Below, in pieces: positions 15,231 through 28,175 of a DNA stretch of 64,000 nt. The stretch is taken from positions 124,001 through 188,000 of the forward strand of contig NIVC01001810.1 of the NCBI GenBank assembly GCA_002269645.1, read 5' to 3'. This DNA is from Macrostomum lignano (lineage: Eukaryota). Position 1 is the stretch's first letter; each line of letters starts with the position of its first letter. The position numbers were made by a program, and so were the translations under genes. The notes under the pieces are model-generated. The model was not told where the DNA came from. It saw nothing but the letters and a program-made list of their open reading frames with translations, and did no database searches.

Positions 15231-16239
15231 CGGGAGATGGAGGACATTGAGAAGCTTAGGAGATGCAGATGAAGAAAAGATGGGAGCAGAAGGGCGAAGG
15301 GGAATGAGAGACGATTGCAGAGGATGTATACAGAGGAGAAGGGGAAAAACTCAAAGGGAGAAGTGCTCAGGCAGTGGGGGATGCAGAAGGCTGCAGCTGG
15401 CTCAGCCCCCCCCCAGCCTCCGCGGCCGTCCCAGCCGAGTCTCCGCCGGCGCGCTCTGTTAAATTTTGTCACCCCGGGGGTCTGCGGCGGAGTCGGTCGC
15501 GCGGAGCTGGAGAAGCCCAGAGCGATGAAGCCCCGGGGCTGCTGGCTTTTATTGATGATGATCGGGGGCTGCTTCGATGCCATGAGGACTGAGGGAGGGG
15601 GCGAGCCAGACGAAGTGCGGATTGATGGTGTGAAACAATGAGCCTGGAGAAGAGGGATCGCCACGGCAAACAGGAGAGTCGCTTTTCCAGGCTCTGTCCG
15701 ACATCTGAACTGTTGCTATGGGCGTCATCGCCTCCTCACCGGTCTCTCCCGGTCTCCCGAGATGACCGGCTTTCCTGCAATGGGGGGAGGCTGAGAGACA
15801 CCCGCTGTGAGCTGCTGTTTGAGCTGTGGGTGTCTGCTCAGCATCTGCTAACCTCAGGCTGAGTCGGCTGCTTACAGACTCCCTGCCTGCCTCATCACCA
15901 GCTCAGTGTCCTCTGCCCTTCACCAGACTCCCCACCTGCCTCATCACCAGCTCAGTCTCTCCTTCATCAACCAGTCCCCACTGTGAACTCTGCAACCTGC
16001 AGTGAAGCGTGGCTGATGTGTGATGCAGGACAGCAATGCATTTTATTGATTATAATTTTTACTATTTTAACAATTTTTCAATTGAGAGGCTGCGAAACAG
16101 AAGGGCAGAAGATTGTTGAATTTTTTAGGAGAAACAGCATTGGGGAGAAATCACAGACAAATAAAGGGAGAATTGGGATACAAGCTATATTGCTGTCTGT
16201 GGGATTTCCTAAGCAGGCTGTAAATCAAGGCAAATCAGT

Positions 16240-16880
16240 TTTGTCAAACCTGCCACAGCATCCATCAGCCAGTCTGTCAAACCTGTCACAGCATCCAACA
16301 GCCAAGCTGTCAAACCTGTCACAGCATCCAACAGCCAAGCTGTCATACCTGTCACAGCATCCATCAGCCAGGCTGTCAAACCTGTCACAGCATCCAACAG
16401 CCAAGCTGTCAAACCTGTCACAGGATCCATCAGCCAGGCTGTCAAACCTGTCACAGCATCCAACAGCCAAGCTGTCAAACCTGTCACAGCATCCAACAGC
16501 CAAGCTGTCAAACCTGTCACAGCATCCATCAGCCAGGCTGTCAATCCTGTCACAGCATCCATCAGCCAGGCTGTCAAACCTGTCACAGCATCCATCAGCC
16601 AAGCTATCAAACCTGTCACAGCATCCAACAGCCAAGCTATCAAACCTGTCACAGCATCCAACAGCCAAGCTGTCAAACCTGTCACAGCATCCATCAGCCA
16701 GGTTGTCAATCCTGTCACAGCATCCAACAGCCAAGCTGTCAAACCTGTCACAGCATCCAACAGCCAAGCTGTTAAACCTGTCACAGCATCCAACAGCCAA
16801 GCTGTCAAACCTGTCACAGCATCCATCAGCCAAGCTGTCAAACCTGTCACAGCATCCATCAGCCAAGCTGTCAAACCTAT
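16240..16880. repeat. 33-bp minisatellite (CTGTCAAACCTGTCACAGCATCCAWCAGCCARG)
   Basis: About 19 copies just past the KCTD stop codon. Confidence 0.95.
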
Positions 16881-16965
16881 CAGTCTTTCAGCCTGCCAGT
16901 TCAGACAGGCTGGGAATCCCACAGTGAGAACTAAGCACAGGTTAAGCAGAATGTCTCAGGGGCCA

Positions 16966-17685
16966 TCAGACCCGCACGAACACGAACTCATTGTAGTGCT
17001 GCCACTTGGTCTCCTCGTTGTCCTGGCCGGGCTTCACGTCCGTCATGCTGCTGTTGGTGCCGGAGCCGCAGGAGCCCACCATGCTGAAGCCGGCGTCGTA
17101 CAGCATCTCGAAGGCCTGCTCCAGCACCGAGTGCTTCAGAAAGAAGCGGCTGGTGTACCGGTCCTCCTGGCCGCGGTCGGGGTCCCGGCTCTCGTTCAGC
17201 GTGTCGCCGAACACGGCGCGGCAGACGGAGACGCGGCCGGCCACCAGGATGCGCGTCAGCTTGCGGAACTTCACGTCGGCCAGGCCGTCGCGGCCGAAGG
17301 CGAAGGTGCCGCGGTAGCTGACGGTGATGCAGCCGGACGGAGCCGCCGGGCCGCCGCGCTCGAGAGCCGCCACGGCGCCCTGCAGGCCGTAGAAGGCGGC
17401 CTCCTGGCGCAGACGGCTGCGGCCGCTGAAGCCGGCTGGAAGGTGGAAGCCGGCCGGCCGGTCCCGCAGGTAGTTGAGCAGCTGGCCGAACGCCGGCCCG
17501 TCCCGGTCGATAAAGAACCGGCCGGCCGAGTCAGCGGGCAGGTGCTTGGCCGGGTCTCCGCTGAACCACTCGCTCAGGCGGCTGCCCGGCTCGCTGCACA
17601 GCGTGGCCCGGCTGCAGCTGAAGTGGCTGCCGCCCACGTTCAAATCCACCACACCGCCTGCCCAGTCCCCCGGCTGCGTTGCCAT
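16966..17685 (-). CDS. KCTD16-like: BTB/POZ (T1) domain protein of the KCTD8/12/16 family with H1 domain; coding region intronless
   Basis: VDLNVGG, FFIDRDG, LLNYLR and EAAFYGL (T1-BTB), then GCITVSYRG, FRKLTRILVAG, ESRDPDR, YTSRFFLKHSVLEQAFEML (H1). Start placed at the ATG of MATQPG (17685); frame is open to 17934. Confidence 0.92.
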   Translation of the reverse strand: MATQPGDWAGGVVDLNVGGSHFSCSRATLCSEPGSRLSEWFSGDPAKHLPADSAGRFFIDRDGPAFGQLLNYLRDRPAGFHLPAGFSGRSRLRQEAAFYGLQGAVAALERGGPAAPSGCITVSYRGTFAFGRDGLADVKFRKLTRILVAGRVSVCRAVFGDTLNESRDPDRGQEDRYTSRFFLKHSVLEQAFEMLYDAGFSMVGSCGSGTNSSMTDVKPGQDNEETKWQHYNEFVFVRV

Positions 17686-18675
17686 GCGGAAGTTCTTCGG
17701 CTGCTGGAGGCTCGGCTGGGACCCGCTAGCTTTCACCGTCTCGCGCTGGGGCTTCGGCAGGCCCCAGCCTCCTCCTAGGCAGCCAATATATGGGCGAATC
17801 CGCTGGTCCCGCAGCCAATCGGCGCCCACCCCAGCCTCTTCCGCTTTCACCTGGCCAGCAACAGCAGCAGCCGCATGCAGCCTCAGCCTCCGGTCAGAAG
17901 GCTGCATCAAACAGCAGCGGCAACAATACATCACTACCGCCCCCCAACTTTCATTTAATTTTTTTGCCTGCTGAGCATCCGCCGCCGCCGCTCCGACAGC
18001 CTCGCTCGCCGCTGGGTACTTTGTTTACCTCCGCAGTGTCCCAGACTCCGCGCTTCATCACTGCTTCTCACCACACTATATAGAGAACGCGACAGCCGCG
18101 GGAAGTGAATGGGAAGGAAGGAGGGTGGATAAGAAATCCCCAGCAAGCCTGAGGGCAGCTGGCACTCAGCAGCAGCAGCAGCAGCAGCAGAAGCAGCAAT
18201 ATCCTTCTCAAACCCTGCTCGTATTTCGCATCGATTACCTCCCCCCTCCCTCCTCTCCTTCCCCGGGCCCGCGTGTTCCAGTTCAGTTCAGTCGCCGTCA
18301 GCTGCCCAGTGAAAGCAAACACAGCCCCATTCCCAGCAGAGACTTGGCAGCGGTCCCCTCTTCCCACCGCCCGGGACAAAAAGCTGAATATGAAAATGTG
18401 CTGCATTCGATCTGACAGGCTGAGCTGCTGCTGTTGCTGGGAAGAATCTGCCACAAATTCAAGGCGTTTGGTGGATCGCTTGATTGGCGGGTGAAAATGC
18501 TTGCCCCAGTGTGGGTGATGGTGGCCATTGTCTGTCAGCAGGTGCGAGCCCTCACTCCCAAAAGTGCATTCTTCTTTGTTCCACAATGAATTGCGGGTGG
18601 CAGAATGTCACCCTGACTGCAGGGAGTTCGGCAGAGTTTAACAGGCAGGGAGTTCAGGAGGAGACGGGAGTCGGG

Positions 18676-21600
18676 ATGGCGCTGGATCTAGGACTGCAGA
18701 TGGCGCTAGATATAGGACTGGAGATGGCGCTAGATATAGGACTGGAGATGGCGCTGGATCTAGGACTGGAGATGGCGCTAGATATAGGACTGGAGATGGC
18801 GCTAGATATAGGACTGGAGATGGCGCTGGATCTAGGACTGGAGATGGCGCTAGATATAGGACTGGAGATGGCGCTAGATATAGGACTGAAGATGGCGCTG
18901 GATCTAGGACTGGAGATGGCGCTGGATCTAGGACTGGAGATGGCGCTAGATATAGGACTGAAGATGGCGCTGGATCTAGGACTGGAGATGGCGCTGGATC
19001 TAGGACTGGAGATGGCGCTAGATATAGGACTGAAGATGGCGCTGGATCTAGGACTGGAGATGGCGCTAGATATAGGACTGAAGATGGCGCTGGATCTAGG
19101 ACTGGAGATGGCGCTGGATCTAGGACTGGAGATGGCGCTAGATATAGGACTGGAGATGGCGCTGGATCTAGGACTGGAGATGGCGCTAGATATAGGACTG
19201 AAGATGGCGCTGGATCTAGGACTGGAGATGGCGCTAGATATAGGACTGAAGATGGCGCTGGATCTAGGACTGGAGATGGCGCTAGATATAGGACTGGAGA
19301 TGGCGCTAGATATAGGACTGAAGATGGCGCTGGATCTAGGCTAAATCTAGGATTAGAAATGGCGCTAGATCTAGGATTAGAAATGGCGCTAAATCTAGGA
19401 TTAGAAATGGCGCTAGATCTAGGATTAGAAATGGCGCTAAATCTAGGATTAGAAATGGCGCTAGATCTAGGATTAGAAATGGCGCTAGATCTAGGATTAG
19501 AAATGGCGCTAGATCTAGGATTAGAAATGGCGCTAAATCTAGGATTAGAAATGGCGCTAGATCTAGGATTAGAAATGGCGCTAAATCTAGGATTAGAAAT
19601 GGCGCTAAATCTAGGATTAGAAATGGCGCTAGATCTAGGATTAGAAATGGCGCTAAATCTAGGATTAGAAATGGCGCTAGATCTAGGATTAGAAAGGGCG
19701 CTAGATCTAGGATTAGAAATGGCGCTAGATCTGGGATTAGAAATGGCGCTAGATCTAGGATTAGAAATGGCGCTAGATCTGGGATTAGAAATGGCGCTAA
19801 ATCTAGGATTAGAAATGGCGCTAGATCTAGGATTAGAAATGGCGCTAAATCTAGGATTAGAAATGGCGCTAGATCTAGGATTAGAAATGGCGCTAGATCT
19901 GGGATTAGAAATGGCGCTAGATCTAGGATTAGAAATGGCGCTAAATCTAGGATTAGAAATGGCGCTAGATCTAGGATTAGAAAGGGCGCTAGATCTAGGA
20001 TTAGAAATGGCGCTAGATCTAGGATTAGAAATGGCGCTAGATCTAGGATTAGAAATGGCGCTAGATCTAGGATTAGAAAGGGCGCTAAATCTAGGATTAG
20101 AAATGGCGCTAGATCTAGGATTAGAAAGGGCGCTAAATCTAGGATTAGAAATGGCGCTAGATCTAGGATTAGAAATGGCGCTAGATCTAGGATTAGAAAT
20201 TGCGCTAGATATAGGACTGGAGATGGCGCTAGATATAGGACTGGAGATGGCGCTGGATCTAGGACTGGAGATGGCGCTAGATATAGGACTGGAGATGGCG
20301 CTAGATATAGGACTGAAGATGGCGCTGGATCTAGGACTGGAGATGGCGCTGGATCTAGGACTGGAGATGGCGCTAGATATAGGACTGAAGATGGCGCTGG
20401 ATCTAGGACTGGAGATGGCGCTGGATCTAGGACTGGAGATGGCGCTAGATATAGGACTGAAGATGGCGCTGGATCTAGGACTGGAGATGGCGCTAGATAT
20501 AGGACTGAAGATGGCGCTGGATCTAGGACTGGAGATGGCGCTGGATCTAGGACTGGAGATGGCGCTAGATATAGGACTGGAGATGGCGCTGGATCTAGGA
20601 CTGGAGATGGCGCTAGATATAGGACTGAAGATGGCGCTGGATCTAGGACTGGAGATGGCGCTAGATATAGGACTGAAGATGGCGCTGGATCTAGGACTGG
20701 AGATGGCGCTAGATATAGGACTGGAGATGGCGCTAGATATAGGACTGAAGATGGCGCTGGATCTAGGCTAAATCTAGGATTAGAAATGGCGCTAGATCTA
20801 GGATTAGAAATGGCGCTAAATCTAGGATTAGAAATGGCGCTAGATCTAGGATTAGAAATGGCGCTAAATCTAGGATTAGAAATGGCGCTAGATCTAGGAT
20901 TAGAAATGGCGCTAGATCTAGGATTAGAAATGGCGCTAGATCTAGGATTAGAAATGGCGCTAAATCTAGGATTAGAAATGGCGCTAGATCTAGGATTAGA
21001 AATGGCGCTAAATCTAGGATTAGAAATGGCGCTAAATCTAGGATTAGAAATGGCGCTAGATCTAGGATTAGAAATGGCGCTAAATCTAGGATTAGAAATG
21101 GCGCTAGATCTAGGATTAGAAAGGGCGCTAGATCTAGGATTAGAAATGGCGCTAGATCTGGGATTAGAAATGGCGCTAGATCTAGGATTAGAAATGGCGC
21201 TAGATCTGGGATTAGAAATGGCGCTAAATCTAGGATTAGAAATGGCGCTAGATCTAGGATTAGAAATGGCGCTAAATCTAGGATTAGAAATGGCGCTAGA
21301 TCTAGGATTAGAAATGGCGCTAGATCTGGGATTAGAAATGGCGCTAGATCTAGGATTAGAAATGGCGCTAAATCTAGGATTAGAAATGGCGCTAGATCTA
21401 GGATTAGAAAGGGCGCTAGATCTAGGATTAGAAATGGCGCTAGATCTAGGATTAGAAATGGCGCTAGATCTAGGATTAGAAATGGCGCTAGATCTAGGAT
21501 TAGAAAGGGCGCTAAATCTAGGATTAGAAATGGCGCTAGATCTAGGATTAGAAAGGGCGCTAAATCTAGGATTAGAAATGGCGCTAGATCTAGGATTAGA

Positions 21601-21812
21601 AATGGCGCTAGATCTAGGATTAGAAATGGCGCTAGATCTGGGATTAGAAATGGCGCTAGATCTAGGATTAGAAATGGCGCTAGATCTAGGATTAGAAATG
21701 GCGCTAGATCTAGGATTAGAAATGGCGCTAGATCTAGGATTAGAAAGGGCGCTAAATCTAGGATTAGAAATGGCGCTAGATCTAGGATTAGAAATGCGCT
21801 AAATCTAGGATT
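18676..21812. repeat. 24-bp minisatellite with subtype A (ATGGCGCTRGATMTAGGACTGRAG) and B (ATGGCGCTARATCTAGGATTAGAA) arranged A-B-A-B
   Basis: Identical A/B junction at 19341 and 20768 (period 1427 bp). Confidence 0.97.
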
Positions 21813-22171
21813 AAAATTAACTAGCAGATCCGAGCGGCGGACCTCTCCGCAATCAATCCAAGACGGCACCCCACCAGAGGAAAAAGTTCATCTCAGTTAA
21901 TGGGAGCATTATAATCATAAACCGCAGGCAGTAAACCCGGAGCGCAGGCCGCTCTGAAGTGGATTTGTATACCAGCAGATAAAGTTATCCCGAATCTGGG
22001 ATTTTCACTGCAGTTCTACCTGCAATTGCGGCTTTCTTCCCACGGGCCCAGCGGGTCGTACAAGACTTTTCAATCACAGCTGCCGCCCCCTCTACCAGCA
22101 CTGCGAATTTGCGGTTGCTAAGCAGTGCGGGGCTGCCTGGGAGCCGCCATAAATGCCTGCTCCGTACTGCA

Positions 22172-22675
22172 ATATCTAGCCAATATCTAGCCAGCATCTA
22201 GCCAATATCTAGCCAGCATCTAGCCAATATCTAGCCAATATCTAGCCAATATCTAGCCAATATCTAGCCAGCATATAGCCAATATCTAGCAAATATCTAG
22301 CCAATATCTAGCCAGCACCTAGCCAATATCTAGCCAATATCTAGCCAATATCTAGCCAATATCTACCAGCATATAGCCAATATCTAGCCAATACCTAACC
22401 AATATCAAGCCAGCATCTAGCCAATATCTAGCCAATATCTAGCCAATATCTAGCCAGCACCTAGCCAATATCTAGCCAGCATCTAGCCAATATCTAGCCA
22501 ATATCTAGCCAGCATCTAGCCAATATCTAGCCAATATCTAGCCAGCACCTAGCCAATATCTAGCCAGCACCTAGCCAATATCTAGCCAGCATCTAGCCAA
22601 TATCTAGCCAATATCTAGCCAGCATATAGCCAATATCTAGCCAATAACTAGGCAGCATCTAGCCAATATCTAGCT
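22172..22675. repeat. 11-bp minisatellite (ATATCTAGCCA / GCATCTAGCCA)
   Basis: Seen directly. Confidence 0.95.
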
Positions 22676-23134
22676 TATAAGCCGCAAGTAGAAATTCTAG
22701 AAATTTTTTTTAAAAATGAGTAAAAACGCCATGCCACTGAAAGTAGTGATTTCATAAATAATTGCTAATTTTAAACCAACAGAATACTTTGTTAAAAGCG
22801 TCAGTTCTCAATCACCGCAGGGTCTAAAGCTCTCTGCAAGCGACTCGGTGAACTGCTTGTATTTCAGATAAAACTGGCGTCAGCAGCAGCAGCGGAAGCA
22901 GCAGAAGGGCCGTCAGCAGAGTCGCAGGAGATTCGTGGGGGCCTGTCGCAGCTGCTAGCCAGCTGGGCTGCTGAGGGAGCCACTCCATCAATCCAACACT
23001 GCCGCGATACAAGAAAATTGAGCTGTATAAAAACTGCTTAAAAGCAAAGCTAATGCCGCCAGAGCTGACCTCCTGGCTGGGTTAAAATCCAAGGCCAAGG
23101 TGCTGCAGGCTGCGACTCAATATACTCGAAACTG

Positions 23135-23520
23135 TTACACACCTGTTCCACACACAGGCCATACCTGTTACACACACAGGCCATACCTGTTACACAAGAG
23201 TTACATACCTGTTACACACACAGGCCATACCTGTTCCACACACAGGCCATACCTGTTCCACACACAGGCCATACCTGTTCCACACACAGGCCATACCTGT
23301 TCCACACATAGGCCATACCTGTTCCACACACAGGCCATACCTGTTCCACACACAGGCCATACCTGTTACATACACAGGCCATACCTGTTATACACACAGG
23401 CCATACCTGTTACACACAGGCCATACCTGTTACACACAGGCCATACCTGTTATACACACAGGCCATACCTGTTAAACACAGGCCATACCTGTTACACACA
23501 CAGGCCATACCTGCTACAGG
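23135..23520. repeat. 20-22-bp minisatellite (CACACAGGCCATACCTGTTCCA)
   Basis: Seen directly. Confidence 0.94.
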
Positions 23521-24089
23521 CTACCTGGCACCCAAATACAGAAGGCCGCCCTGTCAGCACCGGGCTCATAATTAACATGCAACAGTTAATCTTCTAAATC
23601 AGTTGGAGAAGCACAGCAGGCAGAAAGTACAACCAGCCTCTGCTGCCTCACTAAAACGTACATTTAAAAAACATGTAAGGCGCCCGATTTGCAGTCATCA
23701 ATGCAAATACAAATGTATATAAAACAATTTGTCAGAGTAAAACTACTTGCATAATTAGAATACAGTTTAAAGTGGATTAAATCTGAATCCAAGTTGCACA
23801 CTTCTGCAAGAAATTCTGGAAGCAGCACAATACGGTAAAGCAATTACCTGCAGAAAACGGATACAAACTATAATTCGCTATCAATGCCGATCCATGATGA
23901 ATAATAAAAATGTTGCTAATCAATTGCAAATCTGCTAATAAGGATTAGCATCTACCATAGAAAATTATTAGCAAATGTAAAATGTAATAACAGGTGAGCC
24001 TTGAAACACTGACAATGGGGTTGAACTGGGTTCTTCACAGCTAACAGTGGCTGCGAGGGACTGGGGAGGCGAGATATTCCTGACCTGTA

Positions 24090-24560
24090 TGAGTGGGGTG
24101 GGTGTGCAGGGGCAGAGAGGAGTGGGATGGGTGCAATGGGGAGTGGGTGGGTGCAATGGGGCAGAGGAGTGGGGTGGGTGCAATAGAGCAGAGAGGAGTG
24201 GGTGGGTGCAATGGAGCAGAGGAGGAGTGGGATGGGTGCAATGGGGAGTGGGTGGGTGCAATGGGGCAGAGGAGTGGGGTGGGTGCAATGGGGCAGAGGA
24301 GTGGGGTGGGTGCAATGGGGCAGAGGAGTGGGGTGGGTGCAATGGGGCAGAGGAGTGGGGTGGGTGCAATGGGGCAGAGGAGTGGGGTGGGTGCAATGGG
24401 GCAGAGGAGTGGGGTGGGTGCAATGGGGCAGAGGAGTGGGGTGGTTGCAATGGGGCAGAGGAGTGGGGTGGGTGCAATGGGGCAGAGGAGTGGGGTGGGT
24501 GCAATTGGGCAGAGGAGTGGGGTGGGTGCAATGGGGCAGAGAGGAGTGGGGTGGTTGCAG
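24090..24560. repeat. 27-bp minisatellite (GGGTGCAATGGGGCAGAGGAGTGGGGT)
   Basis: Seen directly; same family as 29925..30240. Confidence 0.94.
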
Positions 24561-24718
24561 ATATAAGAAATACATTAGGCAGGCAGAGGAGCCAAACAAT
24601 ACAGCAATACGCACAGCATTGTACATGCATAAGTATCCAAGTGAAGCAAAATTAAAATTGCTGACTCTGTGTGACAATGCAGGGCTATAATCAGAAAGCT
24701 ACACGGGACGGCAGCAGG

Positions 24719-25381
24719 TCACTGAACAGCGCAGTCAACGTCATCTGAGGGCAGCCCAATAAAGTCGGTGAGCGCCCTAAGCAAGTAGGTGAGCGTCCCG
24801 AACCTGCCGCTAGGCGCCGAGTCGTAGAAATGTGCGCAGACTCCGTTGGCGCCGCCGCAGGCCAGGCGCTTGTCGTGGCTGCCGGCGCAGCAGGAGGTCG
24901 CGTCGCCGCCGTGAGCGGCCTGGTCGGCCAGGAAGAGGCGGTTGGCTTCGGTGACCAGCTGCTCCACATGCAGCACCCGTCGTAGGTCGATGCAGCGGTG
25001 CAGGTCCAGGTCGGGCAAGCGCACCAGCAGGCTGAGGGCCTCCACCAGCAGCTGGCGGTACTCCGGCTCCTGCACCGCCGTGATGGCCGCCTCCACCTGC
25101 AGGGCGAACTTCACCTCGCCGGCCGTCATCTCCCTGGTCAGGTGCTGCCCGATCACGTGACCATTGATGCTGAGGCCCTCCGTGCACTCTATCAGGCGCC
25201 AGACGCGGCGGTAGAAGTCGGCCGGCACGCGGTTGAGGGCGCCGTCGATTTTGCGGCGCCGCAGCCACTGGCCCTGTCGGTCGGAGCTGAGGCTCTGGCT
25301 GAGCCACGACTCCCCGGACACCGACGCCGACTGCGGGTCGCTCGGGTGCCGCCGGCGAGGGTCCAGCAGGTGCGAGTCCGC
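24719..25381 (-). CDS. PHKA: Phosphorylase kinase regulatory subunit alpha, last coding exon (11 of 11)
   Basis: cccgcag|GCG acceptor; RQGQWLRRRKIDGALNRVP, EPEYRQLLVEA, FYDSAPSGRFGTLTYL; ends in CaaX prenylation motif CAVQ. The 11 exons total 3777 nt (1258 aa + stop) with all phases compatible. Confidence 0.95.
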   Translation of the reverse strand, partial: ADSHLLDPRRRHPSDPQSASVSGESWLSQSLSSDRQGQWLRRRKIDGALNRVPADFYRRVWRLIECTEGLSINGHVIGQHLTREMTAGEVKFALQVEAAITAVQEPEYRQLLVEALSLLVRLPDLDLHRCIDLRRVLHVEQLVTEANRLFLADQAAHGGDATSCCAGSHDKRLACGGANGVCAHFYDSAPSGRFGTLTYLLRALTDFIGLPSDDVDCAVQ

Positions 25382-25397
25382 CTGCGGGTGCGGGGCC

Positions 25398-26175
25398 GGA
25401 ACTGGGGTGAGATGCGGGACCGGAACTGGGGTGAGATGCGGGACCGGAACTGGGGTGAGATGCGGGACCGGAACTGGGGTGAGATGCGGGACCGGAACTG
25501 GGGTGAGATGCGGGACCGGAACTGGGGTGAGATGCGGGACCGGAACTGGGGTGAGATGCGGGACCGGAACTGGGGTGAGATGCGGGACCGGAACTGGGGT
25601 GAGATGCGGGACCGGAACTGGGGTGAGATGCGGGACCGGAACTGGGGTGAGATGCGGGACCGGAACTGGGGTGAGATGCGGGACCGGAACTGGGGTGAGA
25701 TGCGGGACCGGAACTGGGGTGAGATGCGGGACCGGAACTGGGGTGAGATGCGGGACCGGAACTTGGGTGAGATGCGGGACCGGAACTGGGGTGAGATGCG
25801 GGACCGGAACTGGGGTGAGATGCGGGACCGGAACTGGGGTGAGATTCGGGACCGGAACTGGGGTGAGATGCGGGACCGGAACTGGGGTGAGATTCGGGAC
25901 CGGAACTGGGGTGAAATGCAGGACTGGAACTGAGATGAGATGCGGGACTGGAATTGGGATGAGATGCGGGACAATAACTGGGGTAAGATGTGGGAGAGGA
26001 AAATTGGGTGAGATGCGGGACTGGAACTGGGGTGAGATGTGGGAGAGGAAAATTGGGTGAGATGCGGGACTGGAACTGGGGTGAGATGTGGGAGAGGAAA
26101 TGAGGTGAGATGCGGTAGAGGAAATGGGATGAGATGCGGGACCTAAACTGGGGTGAGATGCGGGACAGAAAATGT
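25398..26175. repeat. 24-bp minisatellite (GGAACTGGGGTGAGATGCGGGACC) abutting the PHKA last-exon acceptor
   Basis: Very homogeneous copies near the exon, degenerating distally. Confidence 0.96.
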
Positions 26176-26407
26176 GCCTTTAAGAAGCCACTTTAGGTCG
26201 TCTAAAAAATCAAACGATTTTTCTATCTATTAAATAAAATTTAGACAGCCGATGCCCACACTCTACTACTACTAGTAAGAGAAAAGCAAAAAATTGGGCA
26301 GTAGAAAATATCACATGCTATTCAATCAGTGACAGAAGCAGCGTAAACAGAAGACAACAAGTTATTTTAAAGCGTGCCCTAGAGCTAGGGACGTTGAAAG
26401 AGAATTG

Positions 26408-27230
26408 CGGTGAGATGCGGACTGGAACTGGTGTGAGATGCGGGCCGGAACTGGTGTGAGATGCGGGCCGGAACTGGTGTGAGATGCGGGCCGGAACTGG
26501 TGTGAGATGCGGACTGGAACTGGTGTGAAATGCGGGCCGGAACTGGTGTGAGATGCGGGCCGGAACTGGTGTGAGATGCGGACTGGAACTGGTGTGAGAT
26601 GCGGGCCGGAACTGGTGTGAGATGCGGACTGGAACTGGTGTGAGATGCGGACTGGAACTGGTGTGAGATGCGGACTGGAACTGGTGTGAGATGCGGGCCG
26701 GAACTGGTGTGAGATGCGGACTGGAACTGGTGTGAGATGCGGGCCGGAACTGGTGTGAGATGCGGACTGGAACTGGTGTGAGATGCGGGCCGGAACTGGT
26801 GTGAGATGCGGACTGGAACTGGTGTGAGATGCGGACTGGAACTGGTGTGAGATGCGGACTGGAACTGGTGTGAGATGCGGGCCGGAACTGGTGTGAGATG
26901 CGGACTGGAACTGGTGTGAGATGCGGGCCGGAACTGGTGTGAGATGCGGGCCGGAACTGGTGTGAAATGCGGACTGGAACTGGTGTGAGATGCGGGCCGG
27001 AACTGGTGTGAGATGCGGGCCGGAACTGGTGTGAAATGCGGACTGGAACTGGTGTGAAATGCGGGCCGGAACTGGTGTGAGATGCGGACTGGAACTGGTG
27101 TGAGATGCGGACCGGAACTGGTGTGAGATGCGGGCCGGAACTGGTGTGAGATGCGGACCGGAACTGGTGTGAGATGCGGGCCGGAACTGGTGTGAGATGC
27201 GGACCGGAACTGGTGTGAGATGCGGACCGG
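26408..27230. repeat. 22-23-bp minisatellite (GGAACTGGTGTGAGATGCGGGCC), sister of the 25398 array
   Basis: Seen directly. Confidence 0.95.
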
Positions 27231-27879
27231 AAAAAATATTTTGAAGGCTTTCATTTTCCGGAAATTGAGACGACACAAAAAGCTGAATGCTCGATCATCA
27301 CGTCACGAATCGCCTCGTGTGCACCACCAGCTAACCGTCGGATCCTTCAATACGACGAAAACACGGAGACTTCATATGAATACAAGAGGCAAAGTGCTAA
27401 TGTTAAAGACAGGTACAAAGCACAATTGATTAGGGCACAGAGCAGTTGAAACAAAGTGTATTATTAGTGACAGGTGCAGTTGGCAACATGCGGGTAAGCT
27501 GTGGGCTTATAGCGTGAAAGCAAAGCCTGCCTGATCAGCTCCCTGCTGAGCTGCCTCTCACCTCCACAACAATTTTTCGATTGCCAACTGAAGTGGAGAA
27601 ATATGAAAGTGAAACTGCGGTGAGGTGTTGACAGACTTTTCCTAGCTAGCATATGATTCAGTGAATAATTGACAAAATGCTTCATTTACTGGCGAGTAGT
27701 AAGTAGCGAATGTGCGCATTCGTTTTTTGTTTCACAAATTCATCATCAACTTAAATTATGAATTTTTCATTAGCGAGCATTGCTGCGCGACCTGCGTTGA
27801 AGGGGGTCGAATTCATGAAGCTGTGGGCGCTTGCAGGGGTGCCGCAGGGTCAGATAAGGTCACAATAAGGCATAGAGCC

Positions 27880-28175
27880 GTAGGGTTTAACAGGGGTCAG
27901 ATGAGACGGAGGGGTCAGCTGAGGTCAAATAGAGACTAGGGGTCAGTTAGGGGTCAAATAGAGACAGAGGGGTCAGCTGGGGTCTAATAGAGACTGAGGG
28001 GTCAGTTAGGGGTCAGATAGAGACTGAGGGGTCAAATAGAGACTGAGGGGTCAGTTAGGGGTCAGATAGAGACTGAGGGGTCAGCTGGGGTCAAATAGAG
28101 ACTGAGGGGTCAGTTAGGGGTCAGATAGAGACTGAGGGGTCAGTTAGGGGTCAGATAGAGACTGAGGGGTCAGTT
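27880..28175. repeat. GGGGTCAGTTAGGGGTCARATAGAGACTGA minisatellite, left part (interrupted by an insertion)
   Basis: Same unit resumes at 29136. Confidence 0.88.

Noticed and set aside
15380-15600. GC-rich exon-like segment (MASKQPPIIINK...) on minus strand
   Set aside because: No recognisable domain or partner exons; may be KCTD 3' UTR.
22824-23012. Short ORF with signal-peptide-like Leu run
   Set aside because: The run derives from a CTG repeat; no homology or linked exons found.
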